Assembly (NCBI GenBank): GCA_022567655.1 | Contig: JADFGO010000002.1 | Location: 1-52,943 of the forward strand | Length of the DNA stretch: 52,943 nt | DNA from: Fidelibacterota bacterium | GTDB taxonomy: Bacteria > Fidelibacterota > SORT01 | Reading direction: 5' to 3' | In this document: piece by piece, positions 1 to 10,741 of the stretch | Numbering within the stretch: the first letter of the stretch is position 1 | Layout: each line of letters opens with the position of its first letter | Position numbers and translations under genes: made by a program | The notes under the pieces: generated by a model | Told to the model about the DNA's origin: nothing | The model's database searches: none | Seen by the model: the letters and a program-made list of their open reading frames with translations, nothing else

Positions 1-1
1 C

Positions 2-3000
2 GACTGGCGGATACGCCTAATAAACGCCGACGGTACGGGCGGGCGGCTACTCATCGAAAAATATTTCAATACTAATGAGCGGATCGACCGTGACCCAGTC
101 TGGTCCCCAGACGGCACGCGCATCGCTTTTGTCTCCCGTAGAGACGGGAACGACGACATTTACGTGGCGAATGCCGATGGCTCAGAACCGAGAGCTGTTA
201 CGAAGGAAAAGGATTACAACTTCGGTTCTCCCTCATGGTTACCGGCGGGGGATTATGTAATAGCTCGTAAATATGGTGAATATCCTTATAACAGCTATCT
301 GAGAAAGAGTCTGCTCTGGATGTACCACAAAGACGGTGGAAAAGGAATAGTCGTGTCCAAAGATAAAACTGAAACCCACAACAGCGGCGCATCTTTTTCT
401 CCTGACGGCAGATACGCTTATTTTTCTTCACACGCCGGCGGATTTAAGTACAATGCCACTACCGGAAGGTTTCAGGTGAGGAAAGTGGATTTAATAACCG
501 GTGAACGGCAGACGATAACATCGGTATACGGCGGAGCGATTCGTCCGGAGATCTCTCCTGACGGAAAGTGGATGGCTTATGCCACGCGGTATGATTTTCA
601 CACCGGACTCATGCTTCAAAATCTCGAGACGCGGGAAGAACACTGGCTGGCTTATCCCACTCAGAGAGACGATCAGGAAGGATTCGCCGTCAACGACGTA
701 TTGCCGGGTTACAGTTTCACTCCGGACGGAAGATACATTGTGATCAGCTACGGCGGTAAGATACACAAAATATCGGTGGATGGAAGGAGCGACAGCGTAA
801 TTCCTTTTAATGCGCACGTAAATCAGGGACTTGGACCGCTTGTTTATTTTAAAGATAAGATCACCGAGGCTGACATCGAGGTGAGGCAGGTCAGATGGCC
901 CTCGGTTTCTCCTGACGGAAGAAAGATAGTGTTCAGCGCTGTGGGGAAGCTTTACGTCATGGAGACGAAAAACGGCAGAATTAAAAGACTTACCAAAGAC
1001 AAACGATTAGAATATATGCCGGTCTTCTCTCCCAACGGCAAAGACGTGATCTACGTATCCTGGTCGGATAAAGTTGGCGGTCATCTGATGAAGGTATCTG
1101 CAAAAGGGGGGAAACCCAAACAGCTCACAAAACGTGACGGCTTCTATTCTTATCCTTCTTTTTCGCGGGACGGAAAAAAAATATTATTCGTTGCCGGAAG
1201 TTCGAAAGCGTGGCTCGCCGAGGAATTCGGTGAAGTCAAAGACCTGGTGTGGATGTCCTCGAAGGGTGGAAAATTAAACAGAATAATGCGCTCCCCCGGC
1301 AGTCTATCAAGGACGTTTTTCAACAGGGACGCATCAAGAGTATATTTCACCGACAGTTTGCCCTCAGAATCACCGGAAGAACCGGGAAAGACTGCGTTCA
1401 AATCGATCAGAACCGACGGCATAGATGAACAAACGCACCTGATATTTACCGGACCTACCCAAATTGTACCCTCCCCGGACGAAAAATGGATATTTTTTAC
1501 GAGTTATAACAACGCATTTTTATCCGCCTTTCCACGACTCGGCAAAGATGAGATAAAGATGTCGACGAGCGACTCTCCTGTACCCCTTAAGCAGATAACC
1601 AAAGAAGGAGCGTTTTATATCAATTGGACAAATTCGGGAAAAGATATAACGTGGGGATACGCAAAGAAGTTTTTCACCCTTTCTCTTGATTCGGTAAGAG
1701 CAAAATTTATCGAGAAACCGGAGGATGATGACGAAAAAGACTCGGAAAACGGCGATGACGAAGAAGAGGGGGAAGAATCCGATTCAACCGACAGTGAAGA
1801 GGAAGACGAGGAGGAAGAAGAGAAACCGGAATTCAATCCAACGACGTTTGAAATCAAGTTGACAGTTAAGCGGGATGTTCCTTCGGGTAAAGTAGCGCTG
1901 ACTAACGCCCGGATAATCACGATGAACGGTTATGAAGTAATAGAGAATGGGGACATTATTGTCGAAGGAAACAGGATAACGGCAATAGGAAATTCCGGGA
2001 GTCTCACTATCCCGGCGGGGGCGGAAAAGATAGACCTGAGCGGCAAAACGGTTATTCCCGGCTTTGTGGATATCCACGCTCATCTTGGACCGCAGCCGGA
2101 TATCTTCCCGGACAGGGTTGCATCGTATGCCGCTAATCTTGCTTACGGAGTAACGACAACTCGCGATCCCTCCAATTCCAACAAGCAGGTATTTGCCGCT
2201 GCGGAGATGGTCGAGCACGGAGATATACTCGGACCGAGGATCTACAGTACGGGTGACGTCATGTTTCCGGGTCTCGTTAAGATTCCCGATAAAAAGGCAG
2301 CCATGCACCACGTCCGAAGGTACAAGGAGATAGGCGCTGACTTTCTCAAGCAGTATATGCAGTCACGCCGAATACAACGGCAATGGGTCATTATGGAAGC
2401 AATGAAGAACGAGTTGAATACGACTGCGGAAGGAGGCGGTGACCTGAAGACCGATCTATCTATGGTACTTGACGGGTATACCGGTTTCGAGCACAGCCTT
2501 CCCATCGTACCCCTCTACAGAGACGTTACCGAGCTGATAGCGCGGGCAAAGACGTATTATACGCCCACGCTGATAGTATCCTACGGCGGTCAATTCGGAC
2601 AGAATTACTGGCGCGGAAAATATGACATCCACGCCGATGAAAAATTGCGTAAATTTACTTCTCATGGAGAAATCGACCGAGAAGGCAGGCGCCGGACGCT
2701 TTTGCTCGATGACGATTACCATTTCAAAGAAATAGCAAAAGGAGCAAAAGATATCGTAGAGGCGGGGGGATATGTCGGACTCGGCTCGCATGGCGAACAG
2801 CAGGGACTCGGCGCTCACTGGGAGCTCTGGATGATGGCATCCGGCGGTATGTCCAACCACGACGTGTTGAAGAGCGCAACCATGACCGGGGCTTATTCGG
2901 GTGGATTACAGGACGACCTCGGTTCGCTGGAGAAGGGCAAGATCGCCGACCTGATAGTTCTTAATTCAAATCCGTTGGACAATATAATGAACACAGTTGA

Positions 3001-3139
3001 TATCCTGTACGTAATGAAAAACGGCGAGCTCTTTGACGCCGATAATTTGAATAAACTTACGGGGGACAAAGAGAAGTTCGAGCCGTTTTTCTGGACTGAG
3101 GAAGATGCTAAAGTTCAGACGATGCTGAACGGAGATTAA
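2..3139 (+). CDS. PD40/TolB-like beta-propeller + amidohydrolase fusion protein (5' end outside window)
   Basis: The frame is open from nt 2 (DWRIRLINADGTGG..VWSPDGTRIAFVSRRDGNDDIYV), so the GTG at 164 in the ORF track is internal. It has many SPDG-type PD40 repeats, a poly-acidic linker (nt 1721-1823) and a C-terminal metal-dependent amidohydrolase domain (GFVDIHAHLG). Confidence 0.85.
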   Translation, partial: DWRIRLINADGTGGRLLIEKYFNTNERIDRDPVWSPDGTRIAFVSRRDGNDDIYVANADGSEPRAVTKEKDYNFGSPSWLPAGDYVIARKYGEYPYNSYLRKSLLWMYHKDGGKGIVVSKDKTETHNSGASFSPDGRYAYFSSHAGGFKYNATTGRFQVRKVDLITGERQTITSVYGGAIRPEISPDGKWMAYATRYDFHTGLMLQNLETREEHWLAYPTQRDDQEGFAVNDVLPGYSFTPDGRYIVISYGGKIHKISVDGRSDSVIPFNAHVNQGLGPLVYFKDKITEADIEVRQVRWPSVSPDGRKIVFSAVGKLYVMETKNGRIKRLTKDKRLEYMPVFSPNGKDVIYVSWSDKVGGHLMKVSAKGGKPKQLTKRDGFYSYPSFSRDGKKILFVAGSSKAWLAEEFGEVKDLVWMSSKGGKLNRIMRSPGSLSRTFFNRDASRVYFTDSLPSESPEEPGKTAFKSIRTDGIDEQTHLIFTGPTQIVPSPDEKWIFFTSYNNAFLSAFPRLGKDEIKMSTSDSPVPLKQITKEGAFYINWTNSGKDITWGYAKKFFTLSLDSVRAKFIEKPEDDDEKDSENGDDEEEGEESDSTDSEEEDEEEEEKPEFNPTTFEIKLTVKRDVPSGKVALTNARIITMNGYEVIENGDIIVEGNRITAIGNSGSLTIPAGAEKIDLSGKTVIPGFVDIHAHLGPQPDIFPDRVASYAANLAYGVTTTRDPSNSNKQVFAAAEMVEHGDILGPRIYSTGDVMFPGLVKIPDKKAAMHHVRRYKEIGADFLKQYMQSRRIQRQWVIMEAMKNELNTTAEGGGDLKTDLSMVLDGYTGFEHSLPIVPLYRDVTELIARAKTYYTPTLIVSYGGQFGQNYWRGKYDIHADEKLRKFTSHGEIDREGRRRTLLLDDDYHFKEIAKGAKDIVEAGGYVGLGSHGEQQGLGAHWELWMMASGGMSNHDVLKSATMTGAYSGGLQDDLGSLEKGKIADLIVLNSNPLDNIMNTVDILYVMKNGELFDADNLNKLTGDKEKFEPFFWTEEDAKVQTMLNGD

Positions 3140-3159
3140 TCGGCTCGTCGATCTATTCG

Positions 3160-3418
3160 AGGGAGGGGATTTACTCCGAGAAGAAACACACCCCGTCTTT
3201 TTTCCGTATTCACGAAAAAAATCCACCCCTCTCAAGAGGGGAATTATTAGTGTTTCTCCGATTAACGATGTGGCGCAGTCACCCTGAGCGCCAGCCCGCC
3301 TGTCTGACCGCTTGCCGGGCAGGACTGATGTCTGGCGGGAAGTCGAAGAGGGGTGCCTGCGTTAATTTGCCACGCTGTGAAGTCAATTATACGGGGACAG
3401 AGAGTGACCTGCCCCTGC
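3160..3418. repeat. Intergenic hairpin-unit cluster 1 (REP/BIME-like mosaic)
   Basis: Contains CCCCTCTcaAGAGGGG (a variant of the unit at 41370-41398), the 97-nt GTGG-headed long hairpin at 3270-3366 (also at 22252 and 42465), and a degenerate GACCTGCCCCTGC end (compare 42395-42419). It lies between convergent genes. Confidence 0.8.
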
Positions 3419-3427
3419 AAAAGTTAT

Positions 3428-6151
3428 TTAATCAGCGTTTTCTTTAAGCACCGCCTGCGCGGCGGCGAGGCGGGCGATAGGCACGCGGTAGGGTGAGCAG
3501 GAAACGTAATCGAGACCCAAGTTGTGACAGAATTCCACCGAGAGCGGGTCACCGCCGTGTTCGCCGCATATACCGATCTTGAGGTCTGGTCGTGTTGAGC
3601 GGCCCTTTTCCACACCGATCCTTATGAGCTCGCCCACACCGTCAAAATCTATCGTCTGGAAGACATCGCGCTCGTAAATTTTTTTCTCTTCGTACTCGCC
3701 GAGGAATTTTCCTGCGTCATCGCGGCTGAATCCGAAAGTCGTCTGCGTCAGGTCGTTCGTTCCAAACGAGAAAAAATCAGCCTCTTTGGCTATCTGGTCA
3801 GCCGTTAGGGAAGCACGGGGGAGTTCTATCATCGTGCCTATCAGATATTCGATTTTTACGTCTGTTTTCGAGAGTATTTCGTCCGCGACTGCCGTCACTA
3901 CAGCCTTTTGATCCCGTAGTTCCTTCCAGTGTCCGACGAGAGGGATCATAATCTCCGGCTTAACGTCTGTCCCTGATTTTTTGACTTCAACAGCGGCTTC
4001 GATGATGGCGCGAGCCTGCATCGCTGTGATCTCCGGATAGGTAAGTCCGAGTCTGCATCCCCTGTGGCCGAGCATCGGGTTGACCTCGTGAAGCGAGTTG
4101 ACCTTAGCCTGAAGTTTCTCGAAGGTTACGCCCATCTTATCGGCGAGATTTCGGATATCATCCTCATCGTGCGGGAGGAACTCATGAAGGGGAGGGTCGA
4201 GAGTTCTGATCGTTACGGGAAGTCCGTTCATCGCTTTGTAAATTCCGATAAAATCTTCGCGCTGCATCGGCAGAAGTTTATCGAGCGCTTTTTGCCTGCC
4301 CTCTTTATCATCGGCAAGTATCATCTCCCGGACCGCGTCGATTCGATCACCTTCAAAGAACATATGTTCAGTGCGGCAGAGTCCGATACCTTCCGCGCCG
4401 AATGACAGAGCTACTTCAGAGTCGTGCGGAGTGTCGGCATTCGCCCGAACATTCAGTCTTCTCTTTTCATCAGCCCATGTCATCAGTTTCTCGAACTTCT
4501 GATACAATTCCGAATCTTCAGCTTTCATACTTTTAGTGGCAACAACCTGAACTATCTCCGACGGACTGGTGCCGACCACCCCCAATATCACGTCGCCCGT
4601 GTTGCCGTTGATGGATATTTCGTCCCCTTCTTTTACGACCTTACCGTCGACCGTGAATTGTTTCGAAGCGTAGTCGATTTCGAGCGCACCGCAGCCGGCG
4701 ACACAGCATTTGCCCATACCGCGTGCGACTATAGCGGCGTGCGAGGTCATGCCGCCCCGTGCGGTCAGGATACCCTCTGCGGCATTCATCCCGGCGATAT
4801 CCTCCGGCGATGTCTCAATCCTCGTCAATATGACTTTATCGCCCCGCTCTTTCAACCTGACGGCTTCGTCGGCGGTGAAAACTACTTTACCGGTAGCGGC
4901 TCCGGGTCCGGCGTTCAGTCCGCGCGCTAAAAAGCGACCGTCAGATTTTGCTTTATCGAGGTCGTTAAAATCGAATATCGGAAAAAGAAGCTGGTTCAGC
5001 TGCTCAGGATCAACTCTCAAAAGCGCCTCATCGGTTGAGATAAGCCCTTCTTCCACCATATCAACGGCTATATTCAGGGCGGCGTGAGCGGTACGCTTTC
5101 CGGCACGGGTTTGAAGCATCCAGAGCTTGCCTTCCTGGATCGTAAATTCTATATCCTGCGTGTCCCGGTAGTGATTTTCTAATTTGTTCCTGATGTCGTT
5201 AAGCTCGTTATAAAGTTCCGGCATGATGCTTTCAAGCGTGATCTGTGAATCTTCCGATTTAGTGGCATCGTTAAGCGGCTGCGGCGTCCTTATGCCCGCA
5301 ACGACGTCCTCCCCCTGGGCATTCACAAGATATTCGCCGTAGAAAATATTTTTTCCGGTTGCCGGATCACGAGTAAAAGCCACTCCGGTTGCGGAAGCCT
5401 CGCCCATGTTGCCGAAGACCATCGACTGGACGTTGACAGCGGTTCCCCAGTGGTCGGGCAGGTGGTGTATTCGTCTATATTCAACTGCGCGCCCTATGTT
5501 CCAGGATTTGAATACTGCAAGAATCCCTCCCCAGAGCTGCTCAAGGGGATCATCGGGGAACGGATTCCCCGTTCCCGCCTCGACCAGATTCTTATACTTA
5601 TCGGTAAGCGTTTTCAAGTCTTCTACGCTAAGATCAGAGTCAGAATCAACTCCGCGGTCTTTTTTCATTTCCTCGATAAGAGCTTCAAACTTCGAGGAAT
5701 CAACTCCGAGTACAACGTTCCCATACATATAAATGAACCTGCGGAACGAGTCCCAGGCGGCGCGTTCGTTACCGCTCTTTTTAATAAAACCCTCTAATGT
5801 CTTATCGTTCAGACCGAGATTCAATACGGAATCCATCATTCCGGGCATCGATTGTCTCGCACCGGAACGCACAGAAAATAAGAGAGGATTTTCAGGGTCG
5901 CCATAGACGAGTCCGAGAGAATTTTCCACTTTATTCAGATGCTCTGCAACTTCGTCTTCGAGTCCGTCGGGTAAAGTCTGATCGTGTTCCATGAAATAGA
6001 CGCATGCTTCGGTAGTCAGAGTAAATCCGGGCGGTACGGGGATACCGATATTGCTCATTTCCGCTAAGTTAGCGCCTTTACCGCCAAGAAGGTTTTTCAT
6101 GTCGGCGGCGCCTTCAGCTTCTCCGCCGCCGAAAGAATAAACATATTTCAT
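3428..6151 (-). CDS. ppdK: Pyruvate, phosphate dikinase
   Basis: 907 aa. It has the phospho-histidine swivel motif GGMTSHAAIVARG, the C-terminal PEP-utilising domain with GICGEHGG, and full-length PpdK architecture. Confidence 0.97.
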   Translation of the reverse strand: MKYVYSFGGGEAEGAADMKNLLGGKGANLAEMSNIGIPVPPGFTLTTEACVYFMEHDQTLPDGLEDEVAEHLNKVENSLGLVYGDPENPLLFSVRSGARQSMPGMMDSVLNLGLNDKTLEGFIKKSGNERAAWDSFRRFIYMYGNVVLGVDSSKFEALIEEMKKDRGVDSDSDLSVEDLKTLTDKYKNLVEAGTGNPFPDDPLEQLWGGILAVFKSWNIGRAVEYRRIHHLPDHWGTAVNVQSMVFGNMGEASATGVAFTRDPATGKNIFYGEYLVNAQGEDVVAGIRTPQPLNDATKSEDSQITLESIMPELYNELNDIRNKLENHYRDTQDIEFTIQEGKLWMLQTRAGKRTAHAALNIAVDMVEEGLISTDEALLRVDPEQLNQLLFPIFDFNDLDKAKSDGRFLARGLNAGPGAATGKVVFTADEAVRLKERGDKVILTRIETSPEDIAGMNAAEGILTARGGMTSHAAIVARGMGKCCVAGCGALEIDYASKQFTVDGKVVKEGDEISINGNTGDVILGVVGTSPSEIVQVVATKSMKAEDSELYQKFEKLMTWADEKRRLNVRANADTPHDSEVALSFGAEGIGLCRTEHMFFEGDRIDAVREMILADDKEGRQKALDKLLPMQREDFIGIYKAMNGLPVTIRTLDPPLHEFLPHDEDDIRNLADKMGVTFEKLQAKVNSLHEVNPMLGHRGCRLGLTYPEITAMQARAIIEAAVEVKKSGTDVKPEIMIPLVGHWKELRDQKAVVTAVADEILSKTDVKIEYLIGTMIELPRASLTADQIAKEADFFSFGTNDLTQTTFGFSRDDAGKFLGEYEEKKIYERDVFQTIDFDGVGELIRIGVEKGRSTRPDLKIGICGEHGGDPLSVEFCHNLGLDYVSCSPYRVPIARLAAAQAVLKENAD

Positions 6152-6243
6152 CTGATAATTCCTGATTTAATAGGTGTCAAATTTCATCCCGCATTTAGGG
6201 GTGCGAAATTTAGCGAAAGTTACTCCTAAATGCAATCCGAGTG

Positions 6244-7656
6244 TTAAGTGTTAAGCCGAGACCGAATTGTCATCCACCGGAAGATAAAAAAAAGCATGAA
6301 CGACACAGCAAGCCCGGGGAATATCGGCTCTACCCCAAAAAGATAAAGCGGTTCAAGTTGGGAACCATTGTAGAAACCGATCATTAGCAAAACCGAAGAT
6401 ATGGTGAATGCGGAAAGCATTAACCAGAGTGTGTGATTCCCCAGTAAGCGATAGCGGGGGAAATATGTCGATACGACAGGAATCAGCAGTGCCGGTATAA
6501 GCACGCTCCCGAACGAGTACCATATCCCGATTACGGAGGGAATCAGGTATGAAATCACAATCGCTGTGATCAGCGTTATTATAATACCTATCTTTGTATT
6601 TGATACGCTGTCGTCCGCTCTATTTTTTCTGAGTCTCCAGATCAGATCTCTTCCGATGGTAGCTCCGGATATCAGCGTAAGACTGTCCACAGTCGACATA
6701 ATTGTTGACAGCATTCCGATAAAAAACAGACCCTTGGCGACGGGCGGTAGTAATGCCTCAGCCAAAAGCGGGTATGCCTGAACGGGACTTATTCCGGGCA
6801 GCAATGCTCTGGCATAAAGTCCGGCGCTGATGGTCATAAAGTCAAATAATACCCAGAAACCAATGGCGATGAATATCCCTTTGCGGGCTACGGATGGATT
6901 TTTCGCGGCTGCGCAGCGCTGGTGGAATGATGGATCCACAAGCGTCCACAGGGCTATAAAGAACCAGACGATTATGTATTCTATACTAATACTACCTTGC
7001 CATGTGAGATGAAGATTGGGGACGGATGAAGAAATATAACCTATTCCGCCGAGCTCACTGACGGCAAAAAACAGCAGCATAACGAACCCGGAGTACATCA
7101 AAACGAATTGCAATTTATCCGTTTGAGCCACGGCGCTGAATCCGCCGGAATAAATATATACTACCGAAAGCAGAGCCCCTATCACTATTGAGAGACCGAA
7201 GCTCCACCCGAATATAAGCTGAAGCAGAACTCCGAGCATCAAGACATAAGGCGCCGGTGAAGAAATGAGGAATATCAACAGGCTGCCGAATATGCCTGTG
7301 GCTTTCCCGAAACTTTCATACAATCTGTCGGGCATTGTAAGAGATTCTCCCTCTCGAATTTTACCCGCAAGCAAGACAGCGAAGAGAGCTGAAAAAATAT
7401 AAAAGGGAAAACCGAGAACAATCCAGGTGGAAACCCCGTGTTGATAAGAAAATTCGCCTATCCCCAATATGCCCCCGTAAAAAGTGACAACAAGCGTAGC
7501 CACGAATCCGGGTACCGTCAGGCGTCTTCCAGCCAAAAGAAAGTTCTCGGGATCGTTGTTTTTCTTCCTTCCTGCCCGAAATCCCATGAATACGACTGTC
7601 GAAAAATACAGGAATATCAGGATCATGTCGATTCCGCTGAAGGTGATTTTATCCAA
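6244..7656 (-). CDS. Sodium:solute symporter family (SSF) transporter, last gene of the TPP-riboswitch operon (candidate thiamine/precursor importer, ThiV-like)
   Basis: 470-aa multi-pass membrane protein with an SSF-like N-terminus (TM1 followed by NFLLAGRRL). The TTG start at 7656 overlaps the thiN stop; an alternative ATG lies at 7626. Confidence 0.8.
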   Translation of the reverse strand: MDKITFSGIDMILIFLYFSTVVFMGFRAGRKKNNDPENFLLAGRRLTVPGFVATLVVTFYGGILGIGEFSYQHGVSTWIVLGFPFYIFSALFAVLLAGKIREGESLTMPDRLYESFGKATGIFGSLLIFLISSPAPYVLMLGVLLQLIFGWSFGLSIVIGALLSVVYIYSGGFSAVAQTDKLQFVLMYSGFVMLLFFAVSELGGIGYISSSVPNLHLTWQGSISIEYIIVWFFIALWTLVDPSFHQRCAAAKNPSVARKGIFIAIGFWVLFDFMTISAGLYARALLPGISPVQAYPLLAEALLPPVAKGLFFIGMLSTIMSTVDSLTLISGATIGRDLIWRLRKNRADDSVSNTKIGIIITLITAIVISYLIPSVIGIWYSFGSVLIPALLIPVVSTYFPRYRLLGNHTLWLMLSAFTISSVLLMIGFYNGSQLEPLYLFGVEPIFPGLAVSFMLFFIFRWMTIRSRLNT

Positions 7657-8305
7657 CTATCGGTGTACCATCGCTTTTTTCGAATAGTTTGAACAGAAAT
7701 AATCCGTCTCCGAATACCTTGACAGTGACAGATGGTTCCGAGACTTGATTGCTGACTCCGAAGGGACCGAACGATTGCAGTTCCCCGTCAAGCTCCCACT
7801 TTAATCCTTTTGTGGTAACCCAGGATGAACCACCGAGAACCATGAGTGAAATTTTTCTTCCTATTTCCGCCTCAAAAGTCAGGTCCTTCAGCACGAATAC
7901 AGTTTCCGCGAAGTCGTCAAGGATAGTGAGACGGGCAAGTTGATCGTACCGCTTCAGCAAGCTCAGATTCGCGAGCGAATGGTCGATCTTTTTTCCTGTC
8001 GCGCCGAGGAGAACTATCTCATCCATACCCTGAGATATTTCATACTCGATCGCCTTCATACTGTCGGTCGTGTTCTCATCGGTATCTTCGATAATTTCTG
8101 TTTTATTGAATTTCTTAACGGTCGCCGGAAGAATAGAATCCATATCTCCGATAATAAGAACGGGTGAGTAACCGGTGTCAGTCAGGTGATTAGCTCCCCC
8201 GTCCGCGCAGACTATTCTTTCGGAGGAATCGAGCAGAGCCTTAATTCTATCATTGAGAATGAAGTCTCCGTTTCCAATAACAACCGACTTTTGTATGTCG
8301 GTCAA
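7649..8305 (-). CDS. thiN: Thiamine pyrophosphokinase
   Basis: 218 aa with TPK motifs CADGGANHL, IIGDMDS, TDSMKAIEY and GATGKKIDHSLANL. It overlaps the upstream receptor gene by 4 nt. Confidence 0.88.
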   Translation of the reverse strand: MTDIQKSVVIGNGDFILNDRIKALLDSSERIVCADGGANHLTDTGYSPVLIIGDMDSILPATVKKFNKTEIIEDTDENTTDSMKAIEYEISQGMDEIVLLGATGKKIDHSLANLSLLKRYDQLARLTILDDFAETVFVLKDLTFEAEIGRKISLMVLGGSSWVTTKGLKWELDGELQSFGPFGVSNQVSEPSVTVKVFGDGLFLFKLFEKSDGTPIVG

Positions 8306-10734
8306 AACTTGAGCGTGACAGTTATATATGCGTTTCTTAAGGCGGCGGGAATATATTCGGGAATAAATCCCTGATAGTAGTACACGTAGCCGCTGGTCTC
8401 ATATTTCGTATCAAGAATATTATTGACGTTAAGCTGGATTCGGATAGGAATAGCGTTTCCGGCGTTGTTATAGTCATAACTCAGGAAGAAATTAACAATC
8501 CTATGTGCGTTTATCGATAAATCAGCTGTTCCGGAATTGTCAAGAAACTGCCCACCCACAAACCGTGTATAAAGGAACGATGAGATTGTACTTCCTCTGT
8601 ACCCTACCTTAATTCCCGCGAGGTAATCGGGAAAGCCGGAAATTTTATTGCCGGAACGGTCTATCGGAAACAGCTTCCCTTCGATGTCATATCCCGGTTC
8701 ATTGTAACTGACAAAGTAATTATCGTTGAGACTAAAATTTCCGGAGATATACGCCCCGTTCGTTAAAGACCAGGAAGCATCAGCCTCAATTCCCCGGTGA
8801 ATAGACTTCACGGCGTTGTAGTACAGTCTTAATCCGATATCGTCCACCTGTCCGGTCGGAACTATCTCATCCCTGAAGTCCATATAGAATAAATTAAGTT
8901 TCAAAAATGCATTTGAGTTCCGCCATGCGCCTCCGAGTTCGTAATCATAGAGGGTTTCTTGTCCTATAAGCGGTTTGCTGAAGTTCGGTGTGCCGTCCGG
9001 GTTTAATTCAAAACGAGGTACGGCATAAGGGTCGTCGGCGTCATAAATGTCCGCGTCTCTCGGCTCGCGATTGGCAACGGAGAAATTGACAAATGCCGTT
9101 ATGCTGCTGTTCAGCCTGCGATTAATACCCATTCGGGGTGTGAGAAAGTTATAGTTCACACTGTATTCATAATCGTTTTTGAAGGCGCCTATCGGGTTCT
9201 GATCGAAATCATAGCCGATATGCTGATATTGAACGTCGAACATCAGGTCTGTATTTTCGTCTATACCGTATACTACGTGAGTGTAAATAGTGGAGGATTG
9301 TTTACCGGTTTCGTACCCGTAATATTTGTTGTTAGGCGGCGTTTGATTGTTCTCTTTTACCCAAATAACTTCACCCCAGTGCTTTGCGTTATAGAAGCTG
9401 AACTCTGCTCCCAATGCCAGCGACCAGCCGGCTTTCGTGAAAGTAAATCTGGGGAGCCATCCCCATTGTGATTTATCAACGTTCTTCTTTCGCACGAGGT
9501 CAGTGGTTTCAACACCAACGAGGTTATACTCGACAGGATTTCTGTCAGATTTATAATCCTGAAAGAAACCGTCGCCCTTTACATGGAAGAAGGTGTTCTC
9601 GAATCTGATTTGTTCATTTATTCTCCAGTCGTTGATTAACTGATAGTGGCTTTGTAAAAAATCGTCCACCTGCTCGTCGAAGAATTCATTTTCTTCGCTT
9701 GGCGAATAAAAATTTGAGCGGCGCAGATCGTCATCATCTAAGAGATCCTTACCGATACCGAACCATGCGAATTTTGCCACCAATGGTCCACCGAATACGT
9801 TAAACGTGGTCGTCATATCACGGTCATAGCGGCTGCCGGATAAAAAATACGACCATGAATCGACGCCGGAGTCTGTCCGGTATCCGTCCGTTCGTAATTT
9901 GGAAAATCTTCCGTAGGCGGAATACTTGTTTTCAATGTAGCCGGTTCCAAAAGAAAAATTTAATCTTCGCGTATTGTAACTACCGGACGTTCCTGAAAGA
10001 GTAATTCCCGGTTCTGTGCCGGCGCCTTTCGTCAGTATATTAATCGAACCTCCGATAGCGGCAGTCCCATATAGTGAGTTACCGACGCCTCTTTGAACCT
10101 GAACGTCTTGTATATTGGCGGAGAGGTCTGCTATATCATAAAAATAAGTCACGTGGTCTTCCGGGTCGTTCAGCGGAACGCCATTCAGGGTTACGGCAAC
10201 TCTTGTGGCGTCAAAACCCCTGATTTTTATCTCCGTGTAACCCATTCCGCTTCCGGTCATGGAATAGGAGTAGAGGCTCGGGATTTCGTCGAGGAGCATC
10301 GGGAGTTCCTGAGAGGAATATTTTTCGGTCAGCGTCCTTGAATCCACATTACTGAATGCTACCGGGGTTTTCCCGCTGATCGCCCGGGTTGCGCTCACCA
10401 CAACGTTTTCTCCTTCGAGTATCCTCGGATAAAGAGAAAAGAGCACAGAAAGAGCGGTCTGTCCGACCGTTATCTTTTGTTTCCGGACATCGTACCCGAT
10501 CACACCCGCGCTTATGGTGAATTCTCCGGCCGGCACGCCGCGAATAATGAATTGACCGCTTTCATTTGTGGCGGCGCCGAACGTAGTGCCTTCTATGAGT
10601 ACGTTAGCTCCAAAAATAGGCTTGTTATCTATGGCGTTTCTTACGCTGCCTGATATTTCACTGCTGATTTGAGCGTTGGAGAATATTGGAACGAGTGTAA
10701 TAATTACTCCGGTGATGATATTCAGATAATTCAT
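8302..10734 (-). CDS. TonB-dependent outer-membrane receptor (thiamine-regulated)
   Basis: It has the signal peptide MNYLNIITGVIITLVPIFSNAQ, a CarboxypepD_reg-like N-domain, a plug, and a beta-barrel ending YITVTLKF. The ORF-track start at 10809 would translate the riboswitch. The ATG at 10734 has GGAGGGAGG 4 nt upstream. Confidence 0.9.
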   Translation of the reverse strand: MNYLNIITGVIITLVPIFSNAQISSEISGSVRNAIDNKPIFGANVLIEGTTFGAATNESGQFIIRGVPAGEFTISAGVIGYDVRKQKITVGQTALSVLFSLYPRILEGENVVVSATRAISGKTPVAFSNVDSRTLTEKYSSQELPMLLDEIPSLYSYSMTGSGMGYTEIKIRGFDATRVAVTLNGVPLNDPEDHVTYFYDIADLSANIQDVQVQRGVGNSLYGTAAIGGSINILTKGAGTEPGITLSGTSGSYNTRRLNFSFGTGYIENKYSAYGRFSKLRTDGYRTDSGVDSWSYFLSGSRYDRDMTTTFNVFGGPLVAKFAWFGIGKDLLDDDDLRRSNFYSPSEENEFFDEQVDDFLQSHYQLINDWRINEQIRFENTFFHVKGDGFFQDYKSDRNPVEYNLVGVETTDLVRKKNVDKSQWGWLPRFTFTKAGWSLALGAEFSFYNAKHWGEVIWVKENNQTPPNNKYYGYETGKQSSTIYTHVVYGIDENTDLMFDVQYQHIGYDFDQNPIGAFKNDYEYSVNYNFLTPRMGINRRLNSSITAFVNFSVANREPRDADIYDADDPYAVPRFELNPDGTPNFSKPLIGQETLYDYELGGAWRNSNAFLKLNLFYMDFRDEIVPTGQVDDIGLRLYYNAVKSIHRGIEADASWSLTNGAYISGNFSLNDNYFVSYNEPGYDIEGKLFPIDRSGNKISGFPDYLAGIKVGYRGSTISSFLYTRFVGGQFLDNSGTADLSINAHRIVNFFLSYDYNNAGNAIPIRIQLNVNNILDTKYETSGYVYYYQGFIPEYIPAALRNAYITVTLKF

Positions 10735-10741
10735 TTTGCCT

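Noticed and set aside
4064-5994. Several 65-168-aa ORFs antisense to ppdK. Comparable antisense ORFs lie inside tnaA (16943..17683), mdh, rng, the TonB receptor and iscS.
   Set aside because: They are shadow ORFs on the opposite strand of strongly supported, full-length conserved genes, with no motifs and no start context.
6191-6233. Hairpin GCATTTAGG..CCTAAATGC between the SSF gene and ppdK. It shares GAAA.TTACTCCTAAAT with cluster 4 (22381-22397) and could be a ninth repeat cluster.
   Set aside because: The shared exact match is only 12 nt. Dozens of 12-mers are expected to recur by chance in 53 kb. No headed unit and no other family module is present. It may simply be a weak terminator.
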